Positions 10,596 to 19,652 of a stretch of 64,000 bases of DNA are shown here, in pieces. Source of the stretch: an uncultured Bacillota bacterium (GTDB lineage: Bacteria; Bacillota; Clostridia; Christensenellales; UBA1242). The DNA lies in assembly GCA_946495675.1 (NCBI GenBank), contig CAMMDQ010000002.1, forward strand, positions 69,542 to 133,541, in the 5' to 3' direction. How positions within the stretch are numbered: the stretch's first letter is position 1; the number at the start of each line of letters is the position of its first letter. A model generated the notes under the pieces. The model did not search any database and had not been told where the DNA came from. It saw only the letters and a program-made list of their open reading frames with translations. The translations under genes and the position numbers were made by a program.

Positions 10596-11121
10596 CATTT
10601 GGACCAAGTGTAAAGAGACCTTTGCCAAGCTGAAGAAAAACAAAAACTTTTATGTTTATGTGGCGATTGGACTTGCTGTTTTGATTGCTATTATATACTT
10701 TGCAAGCTTTGCCAGTTCAAATGAAAGCCCATCGACAAACACCGACAACATAGAGCAAAATTTATCAACTTCAGAAGAATATGTGCGCTCACTTGAGAAT
10801 AAACTTGAAAATGTAATCTCACAAATGCAGGGGACAAGCAATGTCGATGTCGTGGTTACTCTAGAGAAAGGTTTTGAATATACCTATTTGACTGAAGAAG
10901 AGACTAGAGTTTCAGCTAGTGGAATTACAAGCACTTCAACAACAGTTGTAATGGTGGATGGACAACCAGTTTTGATAGCAGAAAGTTATCCAGTCATTAA
11001 AGGAATTGCTGTTGTATGCTCAGGAGCAGATAATGTTTCTGTTAAGATGAATATTATCTCACTCATTCAAACAGTGGTTGAGATAAATAGTGCAAACATT
11101 TCAATTTATTCATCAAAATAA
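10588..11121 (+). CDS. spoIIIAG: stage III sporulation protein AG
   Basis: 177 aa with an N-terminal TM helix and a C-terminal ring-building-motif-like domain (VVVTLEKG..., AVVCSGADN). Overlaps AF. Confidence 0.87.
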   Translation: MNSIWTKCKETFAKLKKNKNFYVYVAIGLAVLIAIIYFASFASSNESPSTNTDNIEQNLSTSEEYVRSLENKLENVISQMQGTSNVDVVVTLEKGFEYTYLTEEETRVSASGITSTSTTVVMVDGQPVLIAESYPVIKGIAVVCSGADNVSVKMNIISLIQTVVEINSANISIYSSK

Positions 11122-11136
11122 AAGGAGCTTTAATTT

Positions 11137-11604
11137 ATGAAAAAAAGAACAAAAATAATTATTTTATCTGCCATGGTTTTATTGCTCGGTGTGACAGCTT
11201 ACCTTAATGTTGTGCTCAACAGCTCTATCAACAACTCAGACCCAGTCGTAGAAACTTCAAGCTATTTTCAAACCTACAGATCTGACAGAGAATCTATGAG
11301 AGACCAAGAAATGCTGTATTATGATGCAATCATTGCAAGTGACTCATCAAGCGAAGAAGCAATTTCAAATGCTGAAGAGGCAAGACTTTCACTTATAAAC
11401 CAGATGGAAAAGGAACTTGTTGTTGAGGGGCTTATCAAAGCAAAAGGTTTTGAAGATTGCGTTATTACAATGTCAGATGGTAATGTCAATGCTGTTGTAA
11501 AAGCTGCAAGCTTGACTTCAGAGCAAGTTGCTCAAATAGTTTCAGTTATCCAAACTGAACTCTCGACAAATCTTGCAAATATTAAAATTATTCCAGTAGA
11601 ATAA
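11137..11604 (+). CDS. spoIIIAH: stage III sporulation protein AH
   Basis: 155 aa with an N-terminal TM helix and a SpoIIIAH-like C-terminus. Last gene of the operon. Confidence 0.85.
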   Translation: MKKRTKIIILSAMVLLLGVTAYLNVVLNSSINNSDPVVETSSYFQTYRSDRESMRDQEMLYYDAIIASDSSSEEAISNAEEARLSLINQMEKELVVEGLIKAKGFEDCVITMSDGNVNAVVKAASLTSEQVAQIVSVIQTELSTNLANIKIIPVE

Positions 11605-11655
11605 TTGCCAAAAGCAAACATAATATGCTATAATACTAAAGAATAGGAGCAAAAT

Positions 11656-12027
11656 ATGGCAAAAACAAAAACATTGCAAAACAAGGGCAAGGTTGAAATT
11701 GACAGAGATATTCTGCTTTCAATAATCAATTTGGCAACCAAAGAAATCAACGGGGTTGAATCTTTGACCAACTCATATCTGCCTTGGTATAAAAAAGTGC
11801 TTAAACCAAAAAGTGAAGGTGTAAGCATAAAGTTTGACTTAAACGGCAAAATCAATATTGATGTTTATATCAAAGTCTATATCGGATATTCTGTGCCAGA
11901 TGTGGCTTACAGAGTGCAAGAAAATATCAAAAATTCACTAGGGTCAATGGTTGGATTAAAACCAGGCAAAATCAATGTCCATGTTTACGGCGTTGTGATA
12001 GACAAAGAAGGAGCAGAAGAAAACTGA
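11656..12027 (+). CDS. Asp23/Gls24 family envelope stress protein
   Basis: 123 aa with Asp23-like IINLATKEINGV and VDVYIKV motifs. Sits before nusB, as yqhY does in Bacillus. Confidence 0.85.
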   Translation: MAKTKTLQNKGKVEIDRDILLSIINLATKEINGVESLTNSYLPWYKKVLKPKSEGVSIKFDLNGKINIDVYIKVYIGYSVPDVAYRVQENIKNSLGSMVGLKPGKINVHVYGVVIDKEGAEEN

Positions 12028-12413
12028 TGAGAAGTAAGGCCAGAGAGCTTGCATTTCAACTTATATTTGAAAGACTTTTCACCGAAAGCGAAAAAGCTTT
12101 TGATGAAGAGTTTTTTGTTTCATTAAAAAAAGAAGAAGATGTCAAGTTCTGTAAACAGATTGTAAACGAATTTTGCAAAAACAGAAAAGAACTTGAAAAA
12201 ATTGTAAGTGAAAATCTTATAGGCTATGAACTTTCACGAGTTTACAAAGTTGATCTTGCTCTTATTTTTGAAGCAATCTGCGAAATCAAGTATATCTCAT
12301 CTCCGACGGCGGTTGTCATCAATGAGGTTGTTGAACTTGCAAAAAAATACTCCACTGAAAAAAGCTCCCGTTTTGTAAATGGTGTGTTATCTTCTATTTG
12401 TAAAAAATTGTAG
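12027..12413 (+). CDS. nusB: transcription antitermination factor NusB
   Basis: 128 aa with RSKARELAFQLIFE at the N-terminus and FVNGVL at the C-terminus. Confidence 0.93.
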   Translation: MRSKARELAFQLIFERLFTESEKAFDEEFFVSLKKEEDVKFCKQIVNEFCKNRKELEKIVSENLIGYELSRVYKVDLALIFEAICEIKYISSPTAVVINEVVELAKKYSTEKSSRFVNGVLSSICKKL

Positions 12414-12421
12414 GGCAAACG

Positions 12422-13612
12422 ATGCAAGAATTTATTACAGTATCTCAGCTAAATGGTTACATCAAACAAATTTTTGATAATGAAGAACTCCTGCACAATA
12501 TTCCGCTGCTTGGCGAAGTTTATGGGGTTAGTTTTTCTCGCAATGTAATATATTTTTCGCTAAAAGATGAGAATGCTTCAATCTCTTGCGTGTGTTTTTA
12601 TCCTGCTTTTAGCCAAATAATACAAGAAGGGGCAAAAATCGTATGTTATGGCAGCCCTAGTTTTTACCATAAAGCGGGTAAACTTAATTTCAATGTCAAT
12701 CGAGCTCAGCCGCTTGGTCAAGGAAAATTGTATGAAGATTTTTTAAAGCTAAAGGCACAACTAGAACAAGAGGGGCTTTTTGACCAAATTCATAAACAGC
12801 CCATCCCAAAAAATATTCAAAGGGTGGGGGTGATAACTTCAAAAGAAGGGGCAGTCATCCAAGATATAAAAAACGTTGCGTGGCGACGAAATCCATTTCT
12901 TGATATCGTTTTGTTCAATACGAAGGTGCAGGGCAATGGAGCAGAAAAAGAAATCGCCAAAGCCATTGAACTTATGGGAAATTATGACAAAATAGACGCT
13001 ATCATCGTCGCTCGCGGTGGTGGAAGCTTGGAAGACCTTTCTGCATATAACACAGAAATTGTCGCAAGAGCAACCTACAGCTGCCCAAAACCAATTATTT
13101 CGGCAGTGGGACATGAAACAGACTTTACAATAATAGATTTTGTCAGCGATTTAAGAGCTCCAACACCATCAGCTGCAGCCGAACTTATAACCATGGATGT
13201 GGAAAGACAAAAAAATATTTTTATAACAATAAAACAAAAGTTTAAAAACTTGCTTAGTGTTTATGTTGACCAACAAAAAAATTTTCTATATAATAAGATT
13301 ATACAGACCAGTAATTACATTGAAAAAGAGTTTTTAAAAAGTAGAGCAGTTTATTTTGAAAAAGTCAAAGATTTGCAAACTGCAGGACAAAACTTTTTGA
13401 ATACAAAGTTTTATGAATTAGGGCTGAAAGAAACCACTTTAAGCAAAATTGATCCAAAACAAATTTTGCAGAAGGGTTATGCAAAAATAGAACAAAATGA
13501 AAGAAGTATTGGAACAAAACAGCAATTAGATTTTCAACGCAATTTTTCTATCTTTTTTCAAGATGGAAAAGTTGAGGCAAAAGTAGTAAAGGAGATTAAA
13601 GATGAGAATTAG
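12422..13612 (+). CDS. xseA: exodeoxyribonuclease VII large subunit
   Basis: 396 aa with an N-terminal OB fold (VSQLNGYIKQIF) and a catalytic core (VARGGGSLEDL, GHETD). Confidence 0.95.
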   Translation: MQEFITVSQLNGYIKQIFDNEELLHNIPLLGEVYGVSFSRNVIYFSLKDENASISCVCFYPAFSQIIQEGAKIVCYGSPSFYHKAGKLNFNVNRAQPLGQGKLYEDFLKLKAQLEQEGLFDQIHKQPIPKNIQRVGVITSKEGAVIQDIKNVAWRRNPFLDIVLFNTKVQGNGAEKEIAKAIELMGNYDKIDAIIVARGGGSLEDLSAYNTEIVARATYSCPKPIISAVGHETDFTIIDFVSDLRAPTPSAAAELITMDVERQKNIFITIKQKFKNLLSVYVDQQKNFLYNKIIQTSNYIEKEFLKSRAVYFEKVKDLQTAGQNFLNTKFYELGLKETTLSKIDPKQILQKGYAKIEQNERSIGTKQQLDFQRNFSIFFQDGKVEAKVVKEIKDEN

Positions 13613-15323
13613 CAAATTAGTTGGCGAGCGTCTTAAAGAAGCCTCAAGCACTGCAAATGTTAAAAGTCACAACTTTTTGTTGCGTGCAGGTTTTTTGAAG
13701 CAGGTATGCAATGGCATTTTTTCAATGATGAACCCAGCTCAGCGCATTAGTTTAAAAATTCAAAATATCATCAGAGAAGAAATGAATAGTGTCGGAGGGC
13801 AAGAGGTGCTTTTCCCTGTTGTTATGCCAAAAGAAATGTGGGAAAAAAGTGGGCGCTATAATTCAATCGGGCAAGAAATGGTTCGATTTAAAGATCGCAA
13901 TGACCACGACATGCTGCTTGGCATGACTCATGAAGAAGCCGCGGTCCATTTGTGCCAGAACACTATAAAGAGTTATGACCAACTGCCTTTTATGATTTAT
14001 CAAATTCAAACAAAGTTTCGTGATGAAGCAAGACCAAGAGCAGGGCTTATAAGAGTGAGAGAATTTACCATGAAAGACTCATATTCTTTTCACTATGACA
14101 AAGAAGAACTTAAGCAGTATTATCAAAAGGTGTTTGAAGCTTATCAGCGTATTTTCAAACGTATCGGAATGAAAAATTTTATAGCAGTCAAATCAGATAC
14201 AGGAATGATGGGCGGAGATGTTGCTCACGAATTTATGCTTTTGACCGACATTGGAGAGGACAGTATTGTTATCTGCCCACACTGCGACTATAAAGCAAAC
14301 ATGGAAGTTGCAACATCGATTGACGAAAAACCTTCTTTTGAAGATGGTCAACTTCAAGAAGTCTTCACAGGAAAGGCTAAAACTATTGAAGAAGTTTGCA
14401 AACAATTGAGTATTAAACCCGAACAAACGATCAAGGCTGTTTGCTATGCAATGGTTGGCGATGACAAAAACACCGTTGTTGTGTTTATTCGTGGAGATAA
14501 AGAAGTCAATGAAGCAAAACTTAAACGAGTGCTAGGCAAAGATGTTGCTGTCAAAGATCTGGCAGAAACCGGTTTTGTGAAGGGCAATATTGGTTGTGTC
14601 GACTTAGATCTGCCAAACACTAAAATTTTGTATGATAACTCTCTTGAAAATCTTTGCGGGCTTGTTACCGGTGCAAACAAAGAAGACTATCACTTGATAG
14701 GGGTAAACATAAATAGAGACCTTAAGAATGCACAATTTTATGATCTAGCAAAAGTCAAAGAAAATGAAAAATGTCCTGTATGCGGCCAACCTCTTGAAAT
14801 CAAAAGGGGGATTGAGATAGGAAATATTTTCCAATTAGGCACAAAATACACAAAAGCAATGGAAATGACGATTGCGATGCCAGATGGCAGCTTGACAAAT
14901 CCTTTAATGGCATGTTATGGAATAGGTGTTGGCAGAGCTCTTGCTTCTGTGGCTGAAGAAAACTGCGATGAAAAGGGGCTTGTATGGCCAATGAGCATAA
15001 CTCCATGGCAGGTTTATCTCTGCCCACTTAGACTTGATAATGCACAGGTCAAAGAGACTGCAGAAGAACTTGAAAAACAACTGAATGAAAAATTTGAAGT
15101 ATTATATGACGACCGCAATGTTTCTGCAGGTGTCAAACTGACTGATAGCGAACTTATGGGTATTCCAATCAGAGTGGTTGTCAGCCCAAGAAGTCTTGAA
15201 AACAACCAAGTTGAAGTCACCATCAGAAAAACTGGCGAAAAAATCTTGGTTGAAACAAAAGATATAGAAAAGATAATAGAAGCAATTATTGATAAACAAA
15301 TGGGGGAGCTTAGTGGAAAATAA
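13602..15323 (+). CDS. proS: proline--tRNA ligase (bacterial type with editing insertion)
   Basis: 573 aa with class II motifs (FRDEARPRAGLIRVREF, GCYGIGVGR). The start overlaps the xseA end by 11 nt. Confidence 0.96.
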   Translation: MRISKLVGERLKEASSTANVKSHNFLLRAGFLKQVCNGIFSMMNPAQRISLKIQNIIREEMNSVGGQEVLFPVVMPKEMWEKSGRYNSIGQEMVRFKDRNDHDMLLGMTHEEAAVHLCQNTIKSYDQLPFMIYQIQTKFRDEARPRAGLIRVREFTMKDSYSFHYDKEELKQYYQKVFEAYQRIFKRIGMKNFIAVKSDTGMMGGDVAHEFMLLTDIGEDSIVICPHCDYKANMEVATSIDEKPSFEDGQLQEVFTGKAKTIEEVCKQLSIKPEQTIKAVCYAMVGDDKNTVVVFIRGDKEVNEAKLKRVLGKDVAVKDLAETGFVKGNIGCVDLDLPNTKILYDNSLENLCGLVTGANKEDYHLIGVNINRDLKNAQFYDLAKVKENEKCPVCGQPLEIKRGIEIGNIFQLGTKYTKAMEMTIAMPDGSLTNPLMACYGIGVGRALASVAEENCDEKGLVWPMSITPWQVYLCPLRLDNAQVKETAEELEKQLNEKFEVLYDDRNVSAGVKLTDSELMGIPIRVVVSPRSLENNQVEVTIRKTGEKILVETKDIEKIIEAIIDKQMGELSGK

Positions 15324-15324
15324 A

Positions 15325-15522
15325 ATGTCATTTGAAGAAGCTTGCAACAAACTTCAGGAAATCATTGATAAAATTGAAAACGGAGATGTTTCACTTGAAG
15401 AAGCTCTCACTTTATTCAGCCAAGGGGAAGAGCTTGTCAAGATTTGCTATCAATTTTTAAACAATGCAAAAGGTCAGCTTTCACAAATCAAAGAAACTCT
15501 TGGAAAACTTGAAGAGATTTAA
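15325..15522 (+). CDS. xseB: exodeoxyribonuclease VII small subunit
   Basis: 65 aa (MSFEEACNKLQEIIDKIENGDVSLEEAL...). ATG lies 1 nt after the proS stop. The track ORF 15289 start is upstream, inside proS. Confidence 0.92.
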   Translation: MSFEEACNKLQEIIDKIENGDVSLEEALTLFSQGEELVKICYQFLNNAKGQLSQIKETLGKLEEI

Positions 15523-15587
15523 AACCTTAGTTTTCTTTGCAGTTATCTTTTTTCATAGCAAGTCAAAACTATTAATATAATAATATA

Positions 15588-16160
15588 GTGAAGGTGAAAA
15601 GAAAACTCAATTTTTTATGGGCAACAAGGATGCTTATAATCACTCTTTGCCTATCAATCGCTTTCGGCTTTTTAAGTCAAGTGGTATTATCAAATATGGG
15701 CATGGTCTTTGCGATTATAGGCATCTTGTTTTTTGTTTTTATATCAACTGTTTTTGATATGATTGGCATTGCTTCGGCAAGCAGCGATATTGAAGTTTTT
15801 AAGATGTGGAAAATTAAAAAAATTGAAGGTTCCGCCACAGGATATAAGATTTGCCAGCATTGCGAAAAAGTTTGTTCCTTCTGTGCCGATGTGGTGGGGG
15901 ATATCTGCAGCACTCTTTGTGGGGCGGGTGGTGCCAGCATTGTTCTCTCTCTTACCAAAAACACAGAAAATCTTCACCTTATCACTTTGATTTCAATTTT
16001 TACAACTGCGCTTATTGCAGGCATTACCATTTTTTTTAAAGCCCTTATGAAAGAAATTGCAGTCAAAAAATCAAACAAGATCATATTAAATCTTGGCAAA
16101 ATTTATGAAAGAACTTTCAAAAAAAGTAAAAAATCAGTTGACAAAGAAAAAAATATATGA
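15588..16160 (+). CDS. Cys-rich polytopic membrane protein, function unknown
   Basis: About 4 TM helices and a cluster CQHCEKVCSFCADVVGDICSTLCG. The start codon is uncertain (GTG 15588 or ATG 15630). Confidence 0.65.
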   Translation: MKVKRKLNFLWATRMLIITLCLSIAFGFLSQVVLSNMGMVFAIIGILFFVFISTVFDMIGIASASSDIEVFKMWKIKKIEGSATGYKICQHCEKVCSFCADVVGDICSTLCGAGGASIVLSLTKNTENLHLITLISIFTTALIAGITIFFKALMKEIAVKKSNKIILNLGKIYERTFKKSKKSVDKEKNI

Positions 16161-16174
16161 TAATATCTAGACAT

Positions 16175-16290
16175 GAAAGTAGAAGTTTCCACTTCTCACC
16201 ATTCGATAATTGCGTTGAATTGGTAATAACTTAATTATCTTTTATGGGAAATTGGTTATAGTGGAACTTTGTGCTTCCACTATATTTTGT
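16175..16290 (+). promoter_or_regulatory. infC-rpmI-rplT leader with attenuator (L20-leader-like)
   Basis: A 10-bp stem tatagtggaa/ttccactata (16257-16284) followed by ttttgtt sits just before the infC SD. The upstream gtttccact (16185-16193) can pair with the 5' arm of the terminator as an antiterminator. Confidence 0.5.
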
Positions 16291-16308
16291 TAAAAGGGGT
16301 ATAAGACA

Positions 16309-16818
16309 ATTTTTAAAGAACTTTTGATCAACGAACAAATTTCAGCACCGCAAATCAGACTCATTGGCGAAGATGGTCAGCAACTTGGCATTATGTCAAA
16401 CCAAGAAGCTTTGCAAATTGCTGAAGAAAAAGGCTTGGACCTTGTTTTAATGGCTGGAAATTCATCTCCAGCAGTATGCAGACTTCTAAATTATGGCAAA
16501 TTTAAATATGATGCAATCAAAAAAGAAAAAGAGCTTAAAAAAGCTCAAAAAATTGTAGAAACCAAAGAAGTCAGACTTTCAATGACAATTGAAGAGCACG
16601 ACATTCAATATCGTCTTTCAAGTGCAAAAAAATTCTTGATGGGCGGAGATAAAGTCAAGGTTTCTCTTCGAATGAAAGGCAGAGAACAGGCCTATGTTAA
16701 AAAAGCGATTGAAATTGTCAAAGATTTTTGCTCAAGATTGAGTGAATTTGGCTCTCTCGACAAAGAGCCAGAGCATTTGGGCCGAAACATCTTTGCAACG
16801 ATAACCCCAAACAAGTAA
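16309..16818 (+). CDS. infC: translation initiation factor IF-3 (ATT start)
   Basis: In-frame ATT at 16309 lies 9 nt after the AAGGGG SD, and an in-frame TAA lies at 16291. It gives the N-terminus (M)FKELLINEQISAPQIRLIGEDG, typical of IF-3. The track start TTG 16324 is 24 nt from the SD. Confidence 0.9.
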   Translation: MFKELLINEQISAPQIRLIGEDGQQLGIMSNQEALQIAEEKGLDLVLMAGNSSPAVCRLLNYGKFKYDAIKKEKELKKAQKIVETKEVRLSMTIEEHDIQYRLSSAKKFLMGGDKVKVSLRMKGREQAYVKKAIEIVKDFCSRLSEFGSLDKEPEHLGRNIFATITPNK

Positions 16819-16831
16819 AAGGAGAAAAATT

Positions 16832-17026
16832 ATGCCAAAACAAAAAACACATAGCGGATGCAAAAAGCGTTTTAAAGTAACCGCAAGCGGTCAAGTAAAA
16901 TTTGCTAGACCAGGAAAAGGACATTTCCTTACAACAAAATCACAAGCAAGAAAAAGAAAGCTTAGAAAAGGGTCTTACATTGCTGGAAAGAATGCAGACA
17001 ACATTAAGTCCCTTTTGGCTAGATAG
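16832..17026 (+). CDS. rpmI: 50S ribosomal protein L35
   Basis: 64 aa (MPKQKTHSGCKKRFKVTASG). Confidence 0.97.
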   Translation: MPKQKTHSGCKKRFKVTASGQVKFARPGKGHFLTTKSQARKRKLRKGSYIAGKNADNIKSLLAR

Positions 17027-17036
17027 GAGGTAAAAT

Positions 17037-17378
17037 ATGAGAATTAAAAGAGCCGTTAACGCAGTAAAAAAACGCCGTTCTATCCTTAAAAGCGCAAAGG
17101 GATACAGAGGAGCAAAATCTAAGCTTTACAGAACAGCAAGAGAACAAGTGATGAAGAGTGGACAATATGCTTATATTGGCCGCAAACAAAAGAAAAGAGA
17201 TTTTCGTGCTTTGTGGATCACAAGAATCAATGCAGCATGCAGACTCAATGGTATTTCTTATTCAAAATTTATTGCTGGACTTAAGAGCAAAAATATCGAA
17301 CTTAACAGAAAAGTTCTTGCTGATATGGCAGTAAGAGAACCTGAAGCATTTGCAGCACTTGTAGGACAAGTTAAATAA
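17037..17378 (+). CDS. rplT: 50S ribosomal protein L20
   Basis: 113 aa ([18 protein letters not shown]...). Confidence 0.97.
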   Translation: MRIKRAVNAVKKRRSILKSAKGYRGAKSKLYRTAREQVMKSGQYAYIGRKQKKRDFRALWITRINAACRLNGISYSKFIAGLKSKNIELNRKVLADMAVREPEAFAALVGQVK

Positions 17379-18112
17379 TGCTTAAGGCAAGCAACAATCT
17401 AATAAAAGACTTAAAAAAGCAAAAACGAGAAAATAGTTCTTTGCTTTTTTTGGATAACATAAAAATCATAAATGATGCAATATCAAATGGCTTGCGACCA
17501 AAATTGATAGTAGTTCAAAACGAAAAACTAAACAAATGGGATAACATTTGTCCGTCTTTCTTGGTTGAAAGCAAAGTTATAGAACAATTATCTGATTGCA
17601 AAACACCACAGGGAGTATTATGCGTTGCAGAATACCCACAACATGTTGATTTTCAAAAGCCAAAAACAAATTTTTTAGTCATAGACGGATTGCAAGATCC
17701 TGGCAATGTGGGCACTCTTATCAGAACTGCTGTTGCCTGCAAATTCAATCAGATCTATCTTTTAGACAGCGTTAAACCAACCAATTCAAAACTAGTAAGA
17801 AGTTCTGTTGGCACAATCTTTTATGCCAAAATCACAAGTTGCACAAGAGAGGAGTTTGCTTTGCATGCAAAACAGTGGCGTTTGCCTTTAATGAAAGCTG
17901 ATATGAATGGACAAAATCTTTTTTCATGCCGTTTTGATGATATTGTTGGCGTGGTGGTTGGCAATGAAGGACAGGGTGTCAGCCAGACAATAAGCCAAAT
18001 TTGCACAAAAGCAATATCTTTGCCTATGGAAAAGAATGTCGAGAGCCTTAATGCTGCGGTCTCTGGCGGAGTCATTATGTATCATATTTACACGCAAAAC
18101 AACAATATTTAA
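17378..18112 (+). CDS. TrmH/SpoU family RNA 2'-O-methyltransferase
   Basis: SPOUT C-terminal motifs (GNEGQGVS, NVESLNAAVSGGVIMY). TAATG overlap with rplT. Confidence 0.85.
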   Translation: MLKASNNLIKDLKKQKRENSSLLFLDNIKIINDAISNGLRPKLIVVQNEKLNKWDNICPSFLVESKVIEQLSDCKTPQGVLCVAEYPQHVDFQKPKTNFLVIDGLQDPGNVGTLIRTAVACKFNQIYLLDSVKPTNSKLVRSSVGTIFYAKITSCTREEFALHAKQWRLPLMKADMNGQNLFSCRFDDIVGVVVGNEGQGVSQTISQICTKAISLPMEKNVESLNAAVSGGVIMYHIYTQNNNI

Positions 18113-18263
18113 GTCATATTGAAATGATTTAAAAAATGACAAACATCTTAAAACAATGCACTTTAGTTTGACTTTTTGTTACAAAAAAATTAACATATAT
18201 TATATCAATGTCAAAATAATACTACTTAAATCTTAGCGAACAATTTTTAAAAGGAGAAAAATT

Positions 18264-18995
18264 ATGTCAGGACATTCAAAATGGCACAACATACAAGCTC
18301 GAAAGGGGAAAAGTGATGCTCAAAGAGGAAAAATTTTCACAAAAATTGGCAGAGAAATCGCCGTTATTGTCAAAGCTGGAGGCTCAGATCCTGTTTCAAA
18401 CCCAAAGCTCCGTGACGTCATTGCAAAAGCAAAACAAAACAATATGCCAAATGACTCAATTGAAAGAAGCATAAAAAAAGCTGCTGGTGAACTTTCTGGA
18501 GTTAATTATGAAAGCTGCACTTATGAAGGTTATGGCACAGGTGGTTCTGCTGTAATTGTTGAATGCTTGACCGACAACAAAAATCGAACCGCTGGCGACG
18601 TTCGCCATGCTTTTGATAAGTTTGGAGGTTCTCTTGGTGCTACAGGGTGTGTAAGCTATCTTTTCAAACGCAAAGGAATTGTTGAAATTGACAAACAAGA
18701 CAAAGACGTTGACTCTCTTATGATGGATGCGCTTGAACTTGGTGCCGTTGATGTCGTTGAATATGATGATTATTGTGAAGTCGTAACAGAGCAAAACGAG
18801 CACAACACAGTCGCAGATCAAATGAAAGACAAAGGCTATCAAGTTTTAAATGCTGAAACGAGACTTGTTCCAGATTCTTATGTTGATCTCGATGAAGACA
18901 AACTTGTCAAATTTAACCGCATGATTGATATGCTCGAAGATTTAGACGATGTTCAAGAAGTTTATCACAATGTAAATTTACCAGATGAAGAATAA
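18264..18995 (+). CDS. yebC: YebC/PmpR family DNA-binding regulator
   Basis: [16 protein letters not shown]-terminal signature, 243 aa. Confidence 0.94.
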   Translation: MSGHSKWHNIQARKGKSDAQRGKIFTKIGREIAVIVKAGGSDPVSNPKLRDVIAKAKQNNMPNDSIERSIKKAAGELSGVNYESCTYEGYGTGGSAVIVECLTDNKNRTAGDVRHAFDKFGGSLGATGCVSYLFKRKGIVEIDKQDKDVDSLMMDALELGAVDVVEYDDYCEVVTEQNEHNTVADQMKDKGYQVLNAETRLVPDSYVDLDEDKLVKFNRMIDMLEDLDDVQEVYHNVNLPDEE

Positions 18996-19059
18996 TTAAA
19001 AATTGATCTTGATTTTTTCTATTTTTTGTGGTAAAATAAATTAACAAAAGAGGTGATCT

Positions 19060-19560
19060 ATGGAAAATAATGGCGAAAAACAAGAAAACAACTTTATTTC
19101 CTTGTCTGAATACGCAAACAAATTGCAAAATACAATAAAAAATGTTTCAATCAACAAATATTGGGATACGGATGATTACGAAACAGAAGAAGAGTTTGAT
19201 GAAACATTGAATTACATCAAGCAAAAACAAGAATTTTTGGATGCTTTTATTGAAACATTTGATGATAGCGATGTTATGAGCAGGTATTTTGACGAGAAAA
19301 AAGAGGATTTTGTCAGACTCGCTCAGTGTTACAGAAACACAAAAGATAACAAGGGAGAAAACTATAAAGTTGCAACGATTTATTCTTTACAAGGCGCAGA
19401 TGATAATATTGAAATTAACAATGCTTTATATGCTTTTCAAGAGGAAGCAAAGAAATATTTAAAGTATGCAAACTTATACATTACAGCCATCGAATATATT
19501 CAATTAGCACCATCGCTAAAACCATATTTTGATGACCCACAAGACTCTACAGAAAAATAA
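19060..19560 (+). CDS. hypothetical acidic protein (166 aa)
   Basis: ORF with a GAGGTG RBS and its own terminator. No recognisable motif. Confidence 0.65.
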   Translation: MENNGEKQENNFISLSEYANKLQNTIKNVSINKYWDTDDYETEEEFDETLNYIKQKQEFLDAFIETFDDSDVMSRYFDEKKEDFVRLAQCYRNTKDNKGENYKVATIYSLQGADDNIEINNALYAFQEEAKKYLKYANLYITAIEYIQLAPSLKPYFDDPQDSTEK

Positions 19561-19590
19561 TTAGGTAACATAAAAACCCAATAATTGCAC

Positions 19591-19619
19591 AGACTAACCA
19601 CTAGGTTAGTCTTTTTTTA
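19591..19619 (+). terminator. intrinsic terminator
   Basis: agactaacc-acta-ggttagtct followed by ttttttt. Confidence 0.8.
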
Positions 19620-19652
19620 ACCTTAGATATCAACTTTGCAAAGGAGAAGCTA

